A program made the translations under genes and the position numbers. A stretch of DNA of 59,103 bases, from assembly GCA_964415615.1 (NCBI GenBank), contig CAYQAW010000007.1, positions 1-59,103 on the forward strand, in the 5' to 3' direction. The notes under the pieces are model-generated. The model was not told the DNA's origin, searched no databases, and was given only the letters and a program-made list of their open reading frames with translations. This DNA is from an uncultured Gammaproteobacteria bacterium (lineage in GTDB: Bacteria; Patescibacteriota; Microgenomatia; Daviesbacterales; UBA10151). Shown in pieces: positions 18,331 through 28,030 of this stretch; the first letter of the stretch is position 1; the number at the start of each line of letters is the position of its first letter.

Positions 18331-18741
18331 CTTTCAGCTATCAGTCATCAGTCGTCAGACATGAATACACATAAATTTAGAAAACTTAATGTGTGGCAAA
18401 GATCTATCCAGTTAGTATCTTTAATTTATAAAATAACATCTAAATTTCCTGCTGAGGAAAAATACGGTTTAATAGATCAGATCCGCAGAGCAGCAGTTAG
18501 CATTTGTCTAAATATTGCTGAAGGTTCAGGTTCTGGATCTGATGCAGAATTTACCAGGTTTCTACGGATAGCACAAAGATCTGCTTATGAAGTAATTGCA
18601 GCATTAGAAATCGCTATCAATTTGGAAATGGCAGACAAAGTGATTATCGAAGGCGTCATAAGTGAAGTTGATCAAGTTAGTGCGATGCTTTCTGGACTGA
18701 TTAAAAGTCTGAAAGCTGACAGCTGAAAGCTGAAGACTATT
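18328..18741 (+). mobile_element. Heptamer-arm inverted-repeat cassette enclosing the four-helix-bundle gene
   Basis: Left arm 18328-18360 (TAGCTTTCAGCTATCAGTCATCAGTCGTCAGAC) and inverted right arm 18707-18741 (GTCTGAAAGCTGACAGCTGAAAGCTGAAGACTATT). Confidence 0.7.
18361..18726 (+). CDS. Four-helix-bundle protein (23S rRNA IVP / TIGR02436-like)
   Basis: 'FRKLNVWQRS...FPAEEKYGLIDQIRRAAVSICLNIAEG...RFLRIAQRSAYE'. Confidence 0.93.
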   Translation: MNTHKFRKLNVWQRSIQLVSLIYKITSKFPAEEKYGLIDQIRRAAVSICLNIAEGSGSGSDAEFTRFLRIAQRSAYEVIAALEIAINLEMADKVIIEGVISEVDQVSAMLSGLIKSLKADS

Positions 18742-18744
18742 ACT

Positions 18745-19611
18745 ATGAATCATTTACCTTTTGTCATTACAGCATACTTTTTCAATGCCTTGGCAGTCAC
18801 AGCCAATAAGTTCCTGCTCAGTAAAACCATTCCAGACCCATTAGTTTATGTTTTTTACATCAGCCTGGTATCTGTTTTGGCAATTTTTGCCCTGCCTTTC
18901 ACTAAAATCCCTGCTTTAGATATATTTTTCATTGCCTCTGCCTCCACCATTTTTTGGACTACTGGAGTATACTTTATGTTTGCTGCCTTGAAAATTGGCC
19001 AAGTTTCCCGGGTTATCCCAATCATTGGCACTTTAATCCCCTTGGTACTCTTGATTTTTGCATCCTCAACTAATACACTCTCGCATACTCAAATTCTTGC
19101 TGTAGTAATTCTGCTGATTGGGATGGTTTTTTTAACCAGATCTGACTTGCAAGGAAAAATGGAAAAGAAAGAGATTATTTTTGAAGTTTTATCTGGTTTT
19201 ACTTTTGCCCTTTCTTATATCTTCTTAAGACAGGCATATTTAAAACTTGATTTTTTCTCTACTTTAGTTTGGTCCAGAATCATCTTGTTGCCCCTGTGTG
19301 TTTTTATGCTAATTATGCCAAATATCAGAAAAAAAATTATCACCTCAAAAGGCTCAACTATTAATTTTTTCTCCAGAAGTGGCCTGATATTTTTGAGCGG
19401 TCAAACAGCTGGAATCATCTCTGAAATATTACTGCTTTTTTCCATATCTTTAGCAAACCCAGCCTTGGTCAATTCTTTACAAGGCACTCAGTATATATTC
19501 CTGCTGATTTTTGGCTTGATTTTTTTCAAAGAAAAATATAACTTTACCAGTCTGTTTTCTAAAATAACTGGCATAGGGACAATAGGCATTGGTCTTTATT
19601 TACTAGTATGA
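18745..19611 (+). CDS. DMT/EamA-like membrane transporter
   Basis: About 10 hydrophobic helices in two repeated halves. Confidence 0.7.
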   Translation: MNHLPFVITAYFFNALAVTANKFLLSKTIPDPLVYVFYISLVSVLAIFALPFTKIPALDIFFIASASTIFWTTGVYFMFAALKIGQVSRVIPIIGTLIPLVLLIFASSTNTLSHTQILAVVILLIGMVFLTRSDLQGKMEKKEIIFEVLSGFTFALSYIFLRQAYLKLDFFSTLVWSRIILLPLCVFMLIMPNIRKKIITSKGSTINFFSRSGLIFLSGQTAGIISEILLLFSISLANPALVNSLQGTQYIFLLIFGLIFFKEKYNFTSLFSKITGIGTIGIGLYLLV

Positions 19612-19870
19612 AAGAGGTTTACTGCCAGAGTAAAACCAAGTTTTTCAAAAGAAGGAAAAGAAAAAGTCTCAAAACTTACACAGAGTTGAAGATTTTGTCG
19701 AGCCTTTTCCTATGTAGGTCCGCACAATGCCACATCAACCTCTGAAGTAATAATCTGTAGAGAAACTAATTAGTTCTTCCCAGTAAAATAATTTGCCTCT
19801 TGTGGGCTGCATGTAAATATTTTAGAATGCGACTACTACTTAACTTATTTTCTGTCCAAAAGCAAGAATT

Positions 19871-22012
19871 ATGCCTGCAGGACGAAGAAAAAAAACCAGT
19901 TTTAGGTTCTTTCCTGCCACCTATGTCCTTTTTTTGGTTAAAATTATTCTGATTAAAATTGGCGAGATTCCATTAAAAATAGTTTACCGCATACACCGAA
20001 GACGGGCAGTAGGTCGCCCTAAAAAGCTGCGTTTTTCTAAAAAAACTAAAATTGCCTTGGCATCAGGTGTATTTTTACTTTTCATCTCTTCTTACACTGC
20101 CTTTATCCTCACAGCAGCCTATGCGCTGCCTACCCCATCCAAGATGGCTTATTCCAATAATCCACTAACTACAGAAATTTATGATAGAAATGGAAATTTG
20201 CTTTATAGATTTTATGAGGCAAAAAACCGGACTCTGGTTCAATTATCAGAAATCCCTAAGAGTTTAACTCAAGCTACTCTGGCTATTGAGGATCAGAATT
20301 TTTATCGCCATTTCGGTGTTGATTTTTCTGCCATAATACGCGCTTTTTATCAGAATGCAACTACAGGTTCCCGGCAAGGAGCCTCAACTATTACCCAACA
20401 GCTGATTAAAAACTCTCTTTTAACTCCAGAGAGAACCTATACCAGAAAGATTAGGGAGGTTATTTTAGCTTTATGGACAGAGCAGGTTTATTCAAAAGAC
20501 CAGATTTTACAGATGTATTTTAATGAGGCTCCATATGGAGGAGCAATTGTGGGTATTGGGGCTGCTTCACAAACCTATTTTGGTAAATCCCCCTCAGAGC
20601 TATCCTTAGCAGAAAGTACCTACCTGGCAGGATTGCCTGCCTCACCTACTCAATTTTCTCCATATGGAGAAAATCCCGAGTTGGCAAAGCAGCGGCAAAA
20701 AGAAATCCTGCAAAGAATGGTTGTAGATAAATATATTACTCAATACCAGGCAGATGAGGCTTACTCAAAGAAGCTTAATATTAAACCTTTAGCCAATGAT
20801 ATCCTGGCTCCACACTTTGTTTTCTATATCAAGGATCAGCTGGTAGACAAGTTAGGACCAAGGGTTGTTTCCCAGGGAGGCTTAAAAGTCTATACTACCC
20901 TGGATTTAAACCTGCAGGGGAAAATTGAACAAATAGTCAAAGATGAGGTGGATAAGCTGCAGAATTTAAATGTTCAAAATGGAGCAGCCATGGTAACCGA
21001 CGGCACAACCGGACAAATCCTGGCTATGGTAGGATCCAGAGACTATCACTATCCTAGCTTTGGTAATTATAATGTGACCCTTTCCCTTCGCCAACCAGGC
21101 TCATCCATCAAACCAATCACTTATGCCACTGCTTTCAAAAACGGTTTTAACCCAGGCAGTATGATCCTGGATGTTCCTGTTGTTTTCAAAGATGAATGGG
21201 GAAATTCTTACTCTCCTGTCAACTATGATGGCACTTTTCATGGCCCAGTTACCCTACGTCAAGCCCTGGGCAGTTCTTTAAATATTCCTGCTGTTAAATT
21301 ACTTGCTACTTTAGGAGTAAATCCTGTAATAGAAACTGCCAGGAATCTAGGAATTACTACTTTTACTGATCCCAAAAGATATGGACTAAGCCTAACTCTC
21401 GGAGGAGCTGAGGTAAAAATGATTGATATGATGGGTTCTTATGGAGCTTTTTCCCAAATGGGCAAGCTAAATACACCCACTGGTATTATAAAAGTCACAG
21501 ATTTTAGTGGCCATATTTTAGATGAGTACAAAAATTCTCCCAAACAAGTACTTTCTGCTGATACAGCGTACCTTGTAACTAACATTTTGACAGATGAAAT
21601 GGCAAGAAAAATGGCTTTTGGACCACATTCTTTACTTTATATTCCGAGTTTTGATGTAGCAGTCAAAACTGGCACCTCCGATAATAAAAGGGATAATTGG
21701 ACTTTTGGCTATACACCAAAGTACGTAGTAGGAGTTTGGGTAGGTAATCCTGACAACTCACCTATGAATCCTGCGTTAACTTCAGGGGTAACAGGGGCAG
21801 CCCCAATTTGGAATAAAATTATGCATACACTTTTAGATAACACCGCACCTTTAGCTTTTGAGAAACCATCAATCTTAGGTGCAGCTGGAACAATTCCTAA
21901 AGCTATGGTCAAAGTACAAAAAAAAGGAGACAAGCTGATTTTTTCTGACGCATTCTCCTCATATTCCACCCCTTCAGCGCAAGCAGCCACTTTAGAAATC
22001 ACCACCAATTAA
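19871..22012 (+). CDS. Class A penicillin-binding protein (PBP1A family)
   Basis: GT51 motifs 'EDQNF', 'QGASTITQQLIKN', 'RKIRE'; transpeptidase SxxK 'GSSIKP', 'SLN', 'KTG'. Confidence 0.95.
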   Translation: MPAGRRKKTSFRFFPATYVLFLVKIILIKIGEIPLKIVYRIHRRRAVGRPKKLRFSKKTKIALASGVFLLFISSYTAFILTAAYALPTPSKMAYSNNPLTTEIYDRNGNLLYRFYEAKNRTLVQLSEIPKSLTQATLAIEDQNFYRHFGVDFSAIIRAFYQNATTGSRQGASTITQQLIKNSLLTPERTYTRKIREVILALWTEQVYSKDQILQMYFNEAPYGGAIVGIGAASQTYFGKSPSELSLAESTYLAGLPASPTQFSPYGENPELAKQRQKEILQRMVVDKYITQYQADEAYSKKLNIKPLANDILAPHFVFYIKDQLVDKLGPRVVSQGGLKVYTTLDLNLQGKIEQIVKDEVDKLQNLNVQNGAAMVTDGTTGQILAMVGSRDYHYPSFGNYNVTLSLRQPGSSIKPITYATAFKNGFNPGSMILDVPVVFKDEWGNSYSPVNYDGTFHGPVTLRQALGSSLNIPAVKLLATLGVNPVIETARNLGITTFTDPKRYGLSLTLGGAEVKMIDMMGSYGAFSQMGKLNTPTGIIKVTDFSGHILDEYKNSPKQVLSADTAYLVTNILTDEMARKMAFGPHSLLYIPSFDVAVKTGTSDNKRDNWTFGYTPKYVVGVWVGNPDNSPMNPALTSGVTGAAPIWNKIMHTLLDNTAPLAFEKPSILGAAGTIPKAMVKVQKKGDKLIFSDAFSSYSTPSAQAATLEITTN

Positions 22013-22043
22013 CAGAATACTACTCTCAAACCACCTTCTATTG

Positions 22044-22550
22044 TCAACGAGAAGAATCACCTGGTGTGGTAAATGGTTGAGATCTCCTAAGGTCCTCTAA
22101 AATTGCCCCGGCTCTACTTACTGCAAGAGGAGTATTCTCAATACCCACCCTTCCTGTCTGAGGAACCTCTGTCCGATTAATATAGGTGATTTTTGAAGGA
22201 TCCTGACTGGCAGTTCTATTCATCATCAAATTTATAAGAAGAGTTTCTTCCTCCAAACCAGTTCTATCTATCTTTAGAAAGATATTGCCTATTTCAGTAC
22301 GGATATACTGTATGGCATACCTTCTTCCGTTAAACGAGAATCTAAGAAAAGGATCTGAGGAATGTGGCGTATCCCAGAATTTCTCATTCAGAGCCTTGCT
22401 GGCTTCTGGCAAGACTTTAAAGGCTTCTCTAAAACCATCAATCAAACGGATGGCTGCTGCCTCAACTTCCAACTCCGGAAGCTCATCATTGACAGATCTT
22501 CTTCTCAGCCACTGATCTGCCTCTTCAGCTATTTGCTCAGGTGTATCCAT
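22044..22550 (-). CDS. Hypothetical protein
   Basis: Open frame; ATG at 22550 (MDTPEQ) preferred. Confidence 0.5.
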   Translation of the reverse strand: MDTPEQIAEEADQWLRRRSVNDELPELEVEAAAIRLIDGFREAFKVLPEASKALNEKFWDTPHSSDPFLRFSFNGRRYAIQYIRTEIGNIFLKIDRTGLEEETLLINLMMNRTASQDPSKITYINRTEVPQTGRVGIENTPLAVSRAGAILEDLRRSQPFTTPGDSSR

Positions 22551-22610
22551 AACTTTCTTACTAATTATACACCAATTTTCCAAACACCTTTTTCTTTAAA
22601 AGCTCAAATA

Positions 22611-22814
22611 TTACTTCTTTACCACACTGCTGACTAACTTTTTAGCTAAATTCCTATAAAAATCTTTCAGCTGATCTAAAGTTAAAGGCTTTAACATTTT
22701 TGGCAAAGAATCAAAAGATTCCACCTTTAGACAATCTATTCCTATTAAAAAAGGATCTGTTTTTAACCTGAATTTAATCCTCGCTCCTTCCATTAAATCC
22801 CAAATAAATGGCAT
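22611..22814 (-). CDS. Small hypothetical protein co-oriented with the ASCH gene
   Basis: 67 aa, starts 5 nt after the ASCH stop. Confidence 0.5.
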   Translation of the reverse strand: MPFIWDLMEGARIKFRLKTDPFLIGIDCLKVESFDSLPKMLKPLTLDQLKDFYRNLAKKLVSSVVKK

Positions 22815-22819
22815 ATATA

Positions 22820-23212
22820 TTATTGTAACACAACCCAGCCTCTTAAGTCAGATTTTTTAATCTTTATTGGTGATGTAATGAAGCGCGCCGAATCTCCAAT
22901 AAAAATTAAGGTCGCATATTTGCTAGTATTTTTATTTATCCAGTAACTTTCATCTACTGCCAGCTCTTTTCCATATTTATTCTTTAAGTTGTCTAAATCA
23001 TTTTGCTCAAGTCCATCAAAAAAGATCACTTTTTTTACTCGGAATTGGCCTATAATCTCTTCACCAGAGGGTTTTATATAAACCAAATCACCACTAGAAA
23101 TGTGACCAAATGGAGGATTTTTTGCCTTGGAAAAACGAGATTCAATAGTTTTTTTACCAAGAAGTATTTCCTCCCCCCCATTACCTTTAAAAATAGCTAA
23201 GTGCTTTTGCAT
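22820..23212 (-). CDS. ASCH domain protein
   Basis: 'ILLGKKTIESR' GxKxxExR motif and 'GDLVYI'. Confidence 0.85.
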   Translation of the reverse strand: MQKHLAIFKGNGGEEILLGKKTIESRFSKAKNPPFGHISSGDLVYIKPSGEEIIGQFRVKKVIFFDGLEQNDLDNLKNKYGKELAVDESYWINKNTSKYATLIFIGDSARFITSPIKIKKSDLRGWVVLQ

Positions 23213-23277
23213 ATTGTAATTATACATCCACATTTGTTATACTTGACAAAGGTCCTCTAAAAGTAGAGGATTTTTTT

Positions 23278-23466
23278 ATGATTACCAAACCAATTGATTT
23301 TATAAAGGAGGTTTGGCAAGAGTTAGCAAAAGTTGCCTGGCCCACCCGCGAACAAACTGTCCGCTATACTGTTTTAGTAATAGTAGTAGCTGTGGCAGTG
23401 GGACTATTTTTAGGTGGACTTGATGCTATTTTAACTGCTGTTACAGCATTTTTGTTAAAGAAATAA
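23278..23466 (+). CDS. secE: Preprotein translocase SecE
   Basis: 'ELAKVAWPTR' plus one TM, upstream of nusG. Confidence 0.95.
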   Translation: MITKPIDFIKEVWQELAKVAWPTREQTVRYTVLVIVVAVAVGLFLGGLDAILTAVTAFLLKK

Positions 23467-23468
23467 AT

Positions 23469-24077
23469 ATGACCGACAATAAAAAACAGCTATCAGCTAT
23501 CAGCTATCAGTCTTCAGATAAAACACTTCCTGAACCAACCGAATCTGATAACCCTGCCTCTAAATGGTATGTAGTTCATACCTATTCTGGCCATGAAAAT
23601 AAAGTATCTCATACCTTAAAACAAAAGATTGAAACTGAACATTTGGAAGAAAAAATTCTGGATGTTCTAGTACCAACTCAGGAAAAAATTGAGATCAAAG
23701 GTGGCAAGAAAACCAATATTAAAGAAAAAATCTTTCCAGGATATATTTTAGTCAAAATGGTTTTGGATGATATTTCCTGGCTGGCTGTTAGAACAACTCA
23801 AGGGGTAACTTCCTTTGTAGGCATGGGCAACAAACCAACTCCTATTTCAGATGCTGAAGTTCAAACAATAGTTAGATTTGCTCAAACTGAAGCACCAATG
23901 TACAAGCAAGTCTTTTCTGCCTCAGATACAGTCAAAATTGTTGATGGTCCATTTGCTGATTTTATAGGTAAAATTGATTCAGTTGACCAGGAAAAAGGCA
24001 AAGTCAGAGTCTTAGTCTCTATCTTTGGTAGAGAAACACCAGTAGAACTAGACTTTTTACAAGTACAAAAAATCTAA
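23469..24077 (+). CDS. nusG: Transcription factor NusG, with heptamer-repeat-derived N-terminal extension
   Basis: '[11 protein letters not shown]', 'FPGYILV', KOW '[11 protein letters not shown]', 'FGRETPVEL'. Confidence 0.97.
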   Translation: MTDNKKQLSAISYQSSDKTLPEPTESDNPASKWYVVHTYSGHENKVSHTLKQKIETEHLEEKILDVLVPTQEKIEIKGGKKTNIKEKIFPGYILVKMVLDDISWLAVRTTQGVTSFVGMGNKPTPISDAEVQTIVRFAQTEAPMYKQVFSASDTVKIVDGPFADFIGKIDSVDQEKGKVRVLVSIFGRETPVELDFLQVQKI

Positions 24078-24078
24078 T

Positions 24079-24504
24079 ATGGCAAAGAAGGTAAAAACAT
24101 TTATAAAACTAAATATTCCAGCTGGATCAGCAACCCCAGCCCCTCCTGTGGGACCTGCACTGGGACAGCAAGGGCTTCCTATTATGGAGTTTGTTAAGGC
24201 TTTTAATGATAAAACTGCTGAGAAAAAAGGCAATATCTTGCCAGTGGTTATAACAGTTTATGAAGATAGGACCTTTTCTTTTATTACCAAAGAACCCCCT
24301 GTAGCTGAGATGATTAAAAAAACCTTAAGTTTGGAAAAAGGATCAGGAACTGCTTTAAAAGATGCTGTTGGCACACTAACCCAAGCTCAAGTAAGACAGA
24401 TTGCTGAGGCTAAAATGCCTGATTTAAATACCAGAAATGTGGAAGCTGCTATGAAAGTTGTAGAAGGCACAGCCAAAAGTATGGGGGTAAAAATCAGTGG
24501 GTAG
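24079..24504 (+). CDS. rplK: 50S ribosomal protein L11
   Basis: '[12 protein letters not shown]', 'GTAKSMG'. Confidence 0.98.
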   Translation: MAKKVKTFIKLNIPAGSATPAPPVGPALGQQGLPIMEFVKAFNDKTAEKKGNILPVVITVYEDRTFSFITKEPPVAEMIKKTLSLEKGSGTALKDAVGTLTQAQVRQIAEAKMPDLNTRNVEAAMKVVEGTAKSMGVKISG

Positions 24505-25234
24505 GCCAAAAATAAAAACAATTGATGATTCAGTAGCAGAAGAGCCAACAGAGACAAAGGAGGCTAGTAAAACTGAGGTTATAAAAGAGGAAGTTAAAAA
24601 AGAAACTAAAAAGGCTAGCAAGCCTGGTAAAGCCAAACCAAGAAGTAAAAAATACCAGGAATTAGTCAAAGATTTAGATAAAACTAAAAGCTACCCTGTA
24701 TCTGAAGCACTAGATTTGGTTAAAAAACTATCTTACTCTAAATTTGAAGGTACCCTAGAAGCTCATATTAACACTGTTACTACAGGTATCCGTGGCTTAG
24801 TCTCTCTTCCTTTTGTAACTGGCAGAAAACTCCGCATCCTGGCTTTTGAAGGTTCAGATGAGATTATAGAAAACATTAACAAAGGCAAGATTGATTTTGA
24901 TATCATAGTTACTTCTCCTGCTTGGATGAGCAAACTTGCCAAAGTTGCCAAAATCTTAGGCCCCAGAGGACTGATGCCTAATCCTAAAAATGGAACTATC
25001 ACTGATGACCTTAAAAAAGCAGTTGAAGGCTTTCAAACAGGCAAAACTGAATATAAAACAGAATCTAAGGCTCCTGTTATACATATTGCCATGGGTAAGC
25101 TAAATCAGCCAAATGAGGAGCTTTCAGCTAATATCAAAGCCTTGCTGCAAATTTTGGGCAAATCAAGGGTCAAAAAAGTTTCTTTATCTCCCACCATGGG
25201 CCCATCAGTTAAATTAGATCTGTCTTCTGTTTAA
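24497..25234 (+). CDS. rplA: 50S ribosomal protein L1 (internally shortened)
   Basis: '[14 protein letters not shown]', 'SPTMGPS'. Confidence 0.95.
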   Translation: MGRPKIKTIDDSVAEEPTETKEASKTEVIKEEVKKETKKASKPGKAKPRSKKYQELVKDLDKTKSYPVSEALDLVKKLSYSKFEGTLEAHINTVTTGIRGLVSLPFVTGRKLRILAFEGSDEIIENINKGKIDFDIIVTSPAWMSKLAKVAKILGPRGLMPNPKNGTITDDLKKAVEGFQTGKTEYKTESKAPVIHIAMGKLNQPNEELSANIKALLQILGKSRVKKVSLSPTMGPSVKLDLSSV

Positions 25235-25285
25235 CCTTAAATCCTACCTTTCACACTCTAATAATATCATAAAAGATATCAAAAT

Positions 25286-26269
25286 CTATTCTCTTTTTAA
25301 AACCCTCTTGAGCAAAACTCTTACATCAATTTTGAGGCTATAGAGGGAAAATAGGCCAAAAATTAACACAAATATAGCTGTAAGTATATGAACTAACACT
25401 ATCATCGATGAAGCTAAATTAGGCACAATCCCAAATATACCTGAAAGAACCAAGAGCCCAGAGGCTTCAGCTGATCCCACATAGCCTGGAGCTGCAGGAA
25501 CAAGATATGTTAAAGCAGATAAAAGCTGTCCTAAATACATTTTTATAAAATTTTGATTTACCCCTAAAGAGACAAAAGTAAAATACCAGATTGCTGCATC
25601 AGCCCCATAAGCGAAGATTGTGATAATAGTCATATAAAATAAATCCTTTGGATGCCTGTTTAGAATTGAGAAGGATTCTAAAATAAAGTTACTAAACCTA
25701 TCAAAATATATCTTAATAGAATTTATTATAAATAGGTGCCTCAATAATTTAAATAAGTCCTTGGCAAAACCCTTTTTATGAACTATCAGGTAGGTTAAAA
25801 ATAAAGCTGTGATTAGTATAATCGTTATAATAGTTATAAAAGTTATACTAAGTGAGGTGGGAACTATAAAAAATAAAATAGCAGCCAGAAGCAATATTGC
25901 CAGGAAATCTACAAACCTATCAATAAATATCCAAACTACAGACTTACTTAGAGGTAATTTATAGTGGGTATTTAGGTAAACTCCTTTGAGGATCTCCCCT
26001 GCCCTTATTGGCACAAAGAAATTAAGAATTTGGGCTGCCCCATTTAAAAAAATCAGGTCCAAGAGTTTAATTTTGGTAATTTCTGAAAGAAAAATCTGCA
26101 GCCTGGCAGCCCGCAGAACTGGAGAAAGCAGCATAAAGAAAAAAATAGGACCTAAATAAACTAAATTAACTTTTGATAAATTAGAAAGGATTTGAGGAAT
26201 ATCAACAAACCTGGACCAAATAAAAATCAAAACTATGCCTAGAATAGTATTAAAAATAATTTTCAGCAT
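25286..26269 (-). CDS. Lysylphosphatidylglycerol synthase TM / flippase-like (UPF0104) membrane protein
   Basis: 'PIRAGEILK', 'DRFVD', 'PAAPGYVGSAE'. Confidence 0.8.
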   Translation of the reverse strand: MLKIIFNTILGIVLIFIWSRFVDIPQILSNLSKVNLVYLGPIFFFMLLSPVLRAARLQIFLSEITKIKLLDLIFLNGAAQILNFFVPIRAGEILKGVYLNTHYKLPLSKSVVWIFIDRFVDFLAILLLAAILFFIVPTSLSITFITIITIILITALFLTYLIVHKKGFAKDLFKLLRHLFIINSIKIYFDRFSNFILESFSILNRHPKDLFYMTIITIFAYGADAAIWYFTFVSLGVNQNFIKMYLGQLLSALTYLVPAAPGYVGSAEASGLLVLSGIFGIVPNLASSMIVLVHILTAIFVLIFGLFSLYSLKIDVRVLLKRVLKRE

Positions 26270-26376
26270 TGAAAAATCTCCCTTATTAAATATACACTAT
26301 TATTAGCGTAAAGTGTTAAGCGGAAAGGGAGAAGTAAAATTCTTTACCCTTCACGCTTGCCCCTTTACCCTTTCCT

Positions 26377-27249
26377 ATGTTCTCAACTTTTAAACAAAAG
26401 CTGCTTTTGGGAGTATATGTATTTATTCTAGTCTCAATCCCTGTAGGTGCATTTCTTGCTTCTCAGTATAGAACAACTGTCAAAAGCAGCGCTTTTGAAC
26501 AAAAAGGCACTAAACCAACTCTGCAAATTCCCCCCAAACCATCCACCTCACCTGCTAAACAACTACTCAACGCTTCCCAGCAAGCAGCTGCTGGAATAGC
26601 AGCTACAGCTACTCCTTCACCTGAACCTTCATCTCTCACTATAGCTACCTCATATGGCCCCACCTTATCTTTAAAAATAACGTTAGGAGGCAGACCAAAT
26701 AATAATCAGGCAACTAAACTTTTTGTAGGTATAGCAGAAGGTGCTTTAACCACTAACCCTAAATTCGTGCTCAGTTTCAGTGTAGATGTTCCTATCTCAG
26801 GAGAGTATTCTAATCTATCTTTGGCAGGTCTCAACCCTGGATCAACTTACACTGCGCTTTTGAAAGGATCTGCTCAATTAGCTAAATCTGTCACTTTTAC
26901 TATGTCCCCAACTATGACTAACTTAAATAATGGCCAGAGTGTAAATTTGATCTCAGGAGATTTAAATGAAGATAATGTGATAAATAATGCAGATTTAACT
27001 ATTGCCCAAAGAGCCATAGGTACCACTCCAAAATATTCAACCTGGAATGAAAATGCCGATTTAAATAAAGATGGAGTAATAAATATTTTTGATTTAGGAA
27101 TAATATCCAAAAACATTGGCCAGACTGGGGATTCAGGAGTCTGGACTTCACCAATTCCTAAAGTTGCTACCCCTTCTGCCAGCTTAAACTCACCACCTGT
27201 TGGTGGACCAACTGGTGTTGGTGGCTACTGGCTCTGGCTACCAAAATAA
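26377..27249 (+). CDS. Membrane-anchored dockerin type I domain protein
   Basis: N-terminal TM; duplicated 'GDLNEDNVINNAD' / 'ADLNKDGVINIFD'. Confidence 0.8.
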   Translation: MFSTFKQKLLLGVYVFILVSIPVGAFLASQYRTTVKSSAFEQKGTKPTLQIPPKPSTSPAKQLLNASQQAAAGIAATATPSPEPSSLTIATSYGPTLSLKITLGGRPNNNQATKLFVGIAEGALTTNPKFVLSFSVDVPISGEYSNLSLAGLNPGSTYTALLKGSAQLAKSVTFTMSPTMTNLNNGQSVNLISGDLNEDNVINNADLTIAQRAIGTTPKYSTWNENADLNKDGVINIFDLGIISKNIGQTGDSGVWTSPIPKVATPSASLNSPPVGGPTGVGGYWLWLPK

Positions 27250-27308
27250 CATAAGTCCCATAGGACTTGACAAAGTGTTTTAGGTATGCTAGAATACACA
27301 CTTGTATT

Positions 27309-28013
27309 ATGAAAATTATAAGTCCTTTAAATATTAAAAAAGTTTTAGCCCTAAGTTTTATTGGGTTATCTCTTTTATCACCAGTAAATGTTTTAGCTGC
27401 TCCCCAACCTGTTTCTGCACCAATTACTATCCCAGTTATTGTTCCAGTTTTAAGTGCTCCAGAGATGGTCTATCCAAGAAATGGCCAGACTTTAGATTTA
27501 GAAGGGGCATATATGTTCAAAGTAAAACCAGTTGCTGGAGCAACAGGTTATCTATTTGGTTTATTTCAAGATGGACAAATGATCTATGAAAACTATCGGG
27601 ACACTAAAAGATTAAGCCCAGATGGTACATTTGCCCTACGCGAAAATGATTCCAATCATGCTAAATTCCATACTGGTCCAGTGAAAGTAATGATTAGAGC
27701 TTATGTTAACAACCGTTGGACTGATGCTAGAGAGATTACCATCACTTTAAAACCCCGGATTTCTCTTCCAATCCCAACTCCTAATCCAACACCAATCGGC
27801 ATAGGCAACACTGCTCCAATTGGTATTGGGACAACTAATCCTATCGGGATCGGGACTACTAACCCAATTGGAATTGGCACAACCAATCCAATACAACGCG
27901 TTACTGCAACACCAAGCGCTACAATATCAACAGCAAGCAAACCTACCAAACAAGTTCTTCCTGTATGGAGAAGGTTCTTCAACAGATTCTTCTACCGCTT
28001 TTTCTACAGATAA
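27309..28013 (+). CDS. Secreted protein with PIGIGTTN peptide repeats
   Basis: Signal peptide, beta-sandwich-like core, 4 copies of an 8-aa repeat, basic aromatic tail; ATG 27309 preferred. Confidence 0.7.
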   Translation: MKIISPLNIKKVLALSFIGLSLLSPVNVLAAPQPVSAPITIPVIVPVLSAPEMVYPRNGQTLDLEGAYMFKVKPVAGATGYLFGLFQDGQMIYENYRDTKRLSPDGTFALRENDSNHAKFHTGPVKVMIRAYVNNRWTDAREITITLKPRISLPIPTPNPTPIGIGNTAPIGIGTTNPIGIGTTNPIGIGTTNPIQRVTATPSATISTASKPTKQVLPVWRRFFNRFFYRFFYR

Positions 28014-28030
28014 TTTGCTATAGTTAATCT

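Noticed and set aside
18361-18726. Diversity-generating retroelement (Avd-like protein)
   Set aside because: No reverse transcriptase and no template/variable repeat pair with A-specific mismatches seen.
19612-19870. Small ORF in the gap between the EamA and PBP1A genes
   Set aside because: Hand translation gave only a 45-codon frame with no recognisable features.
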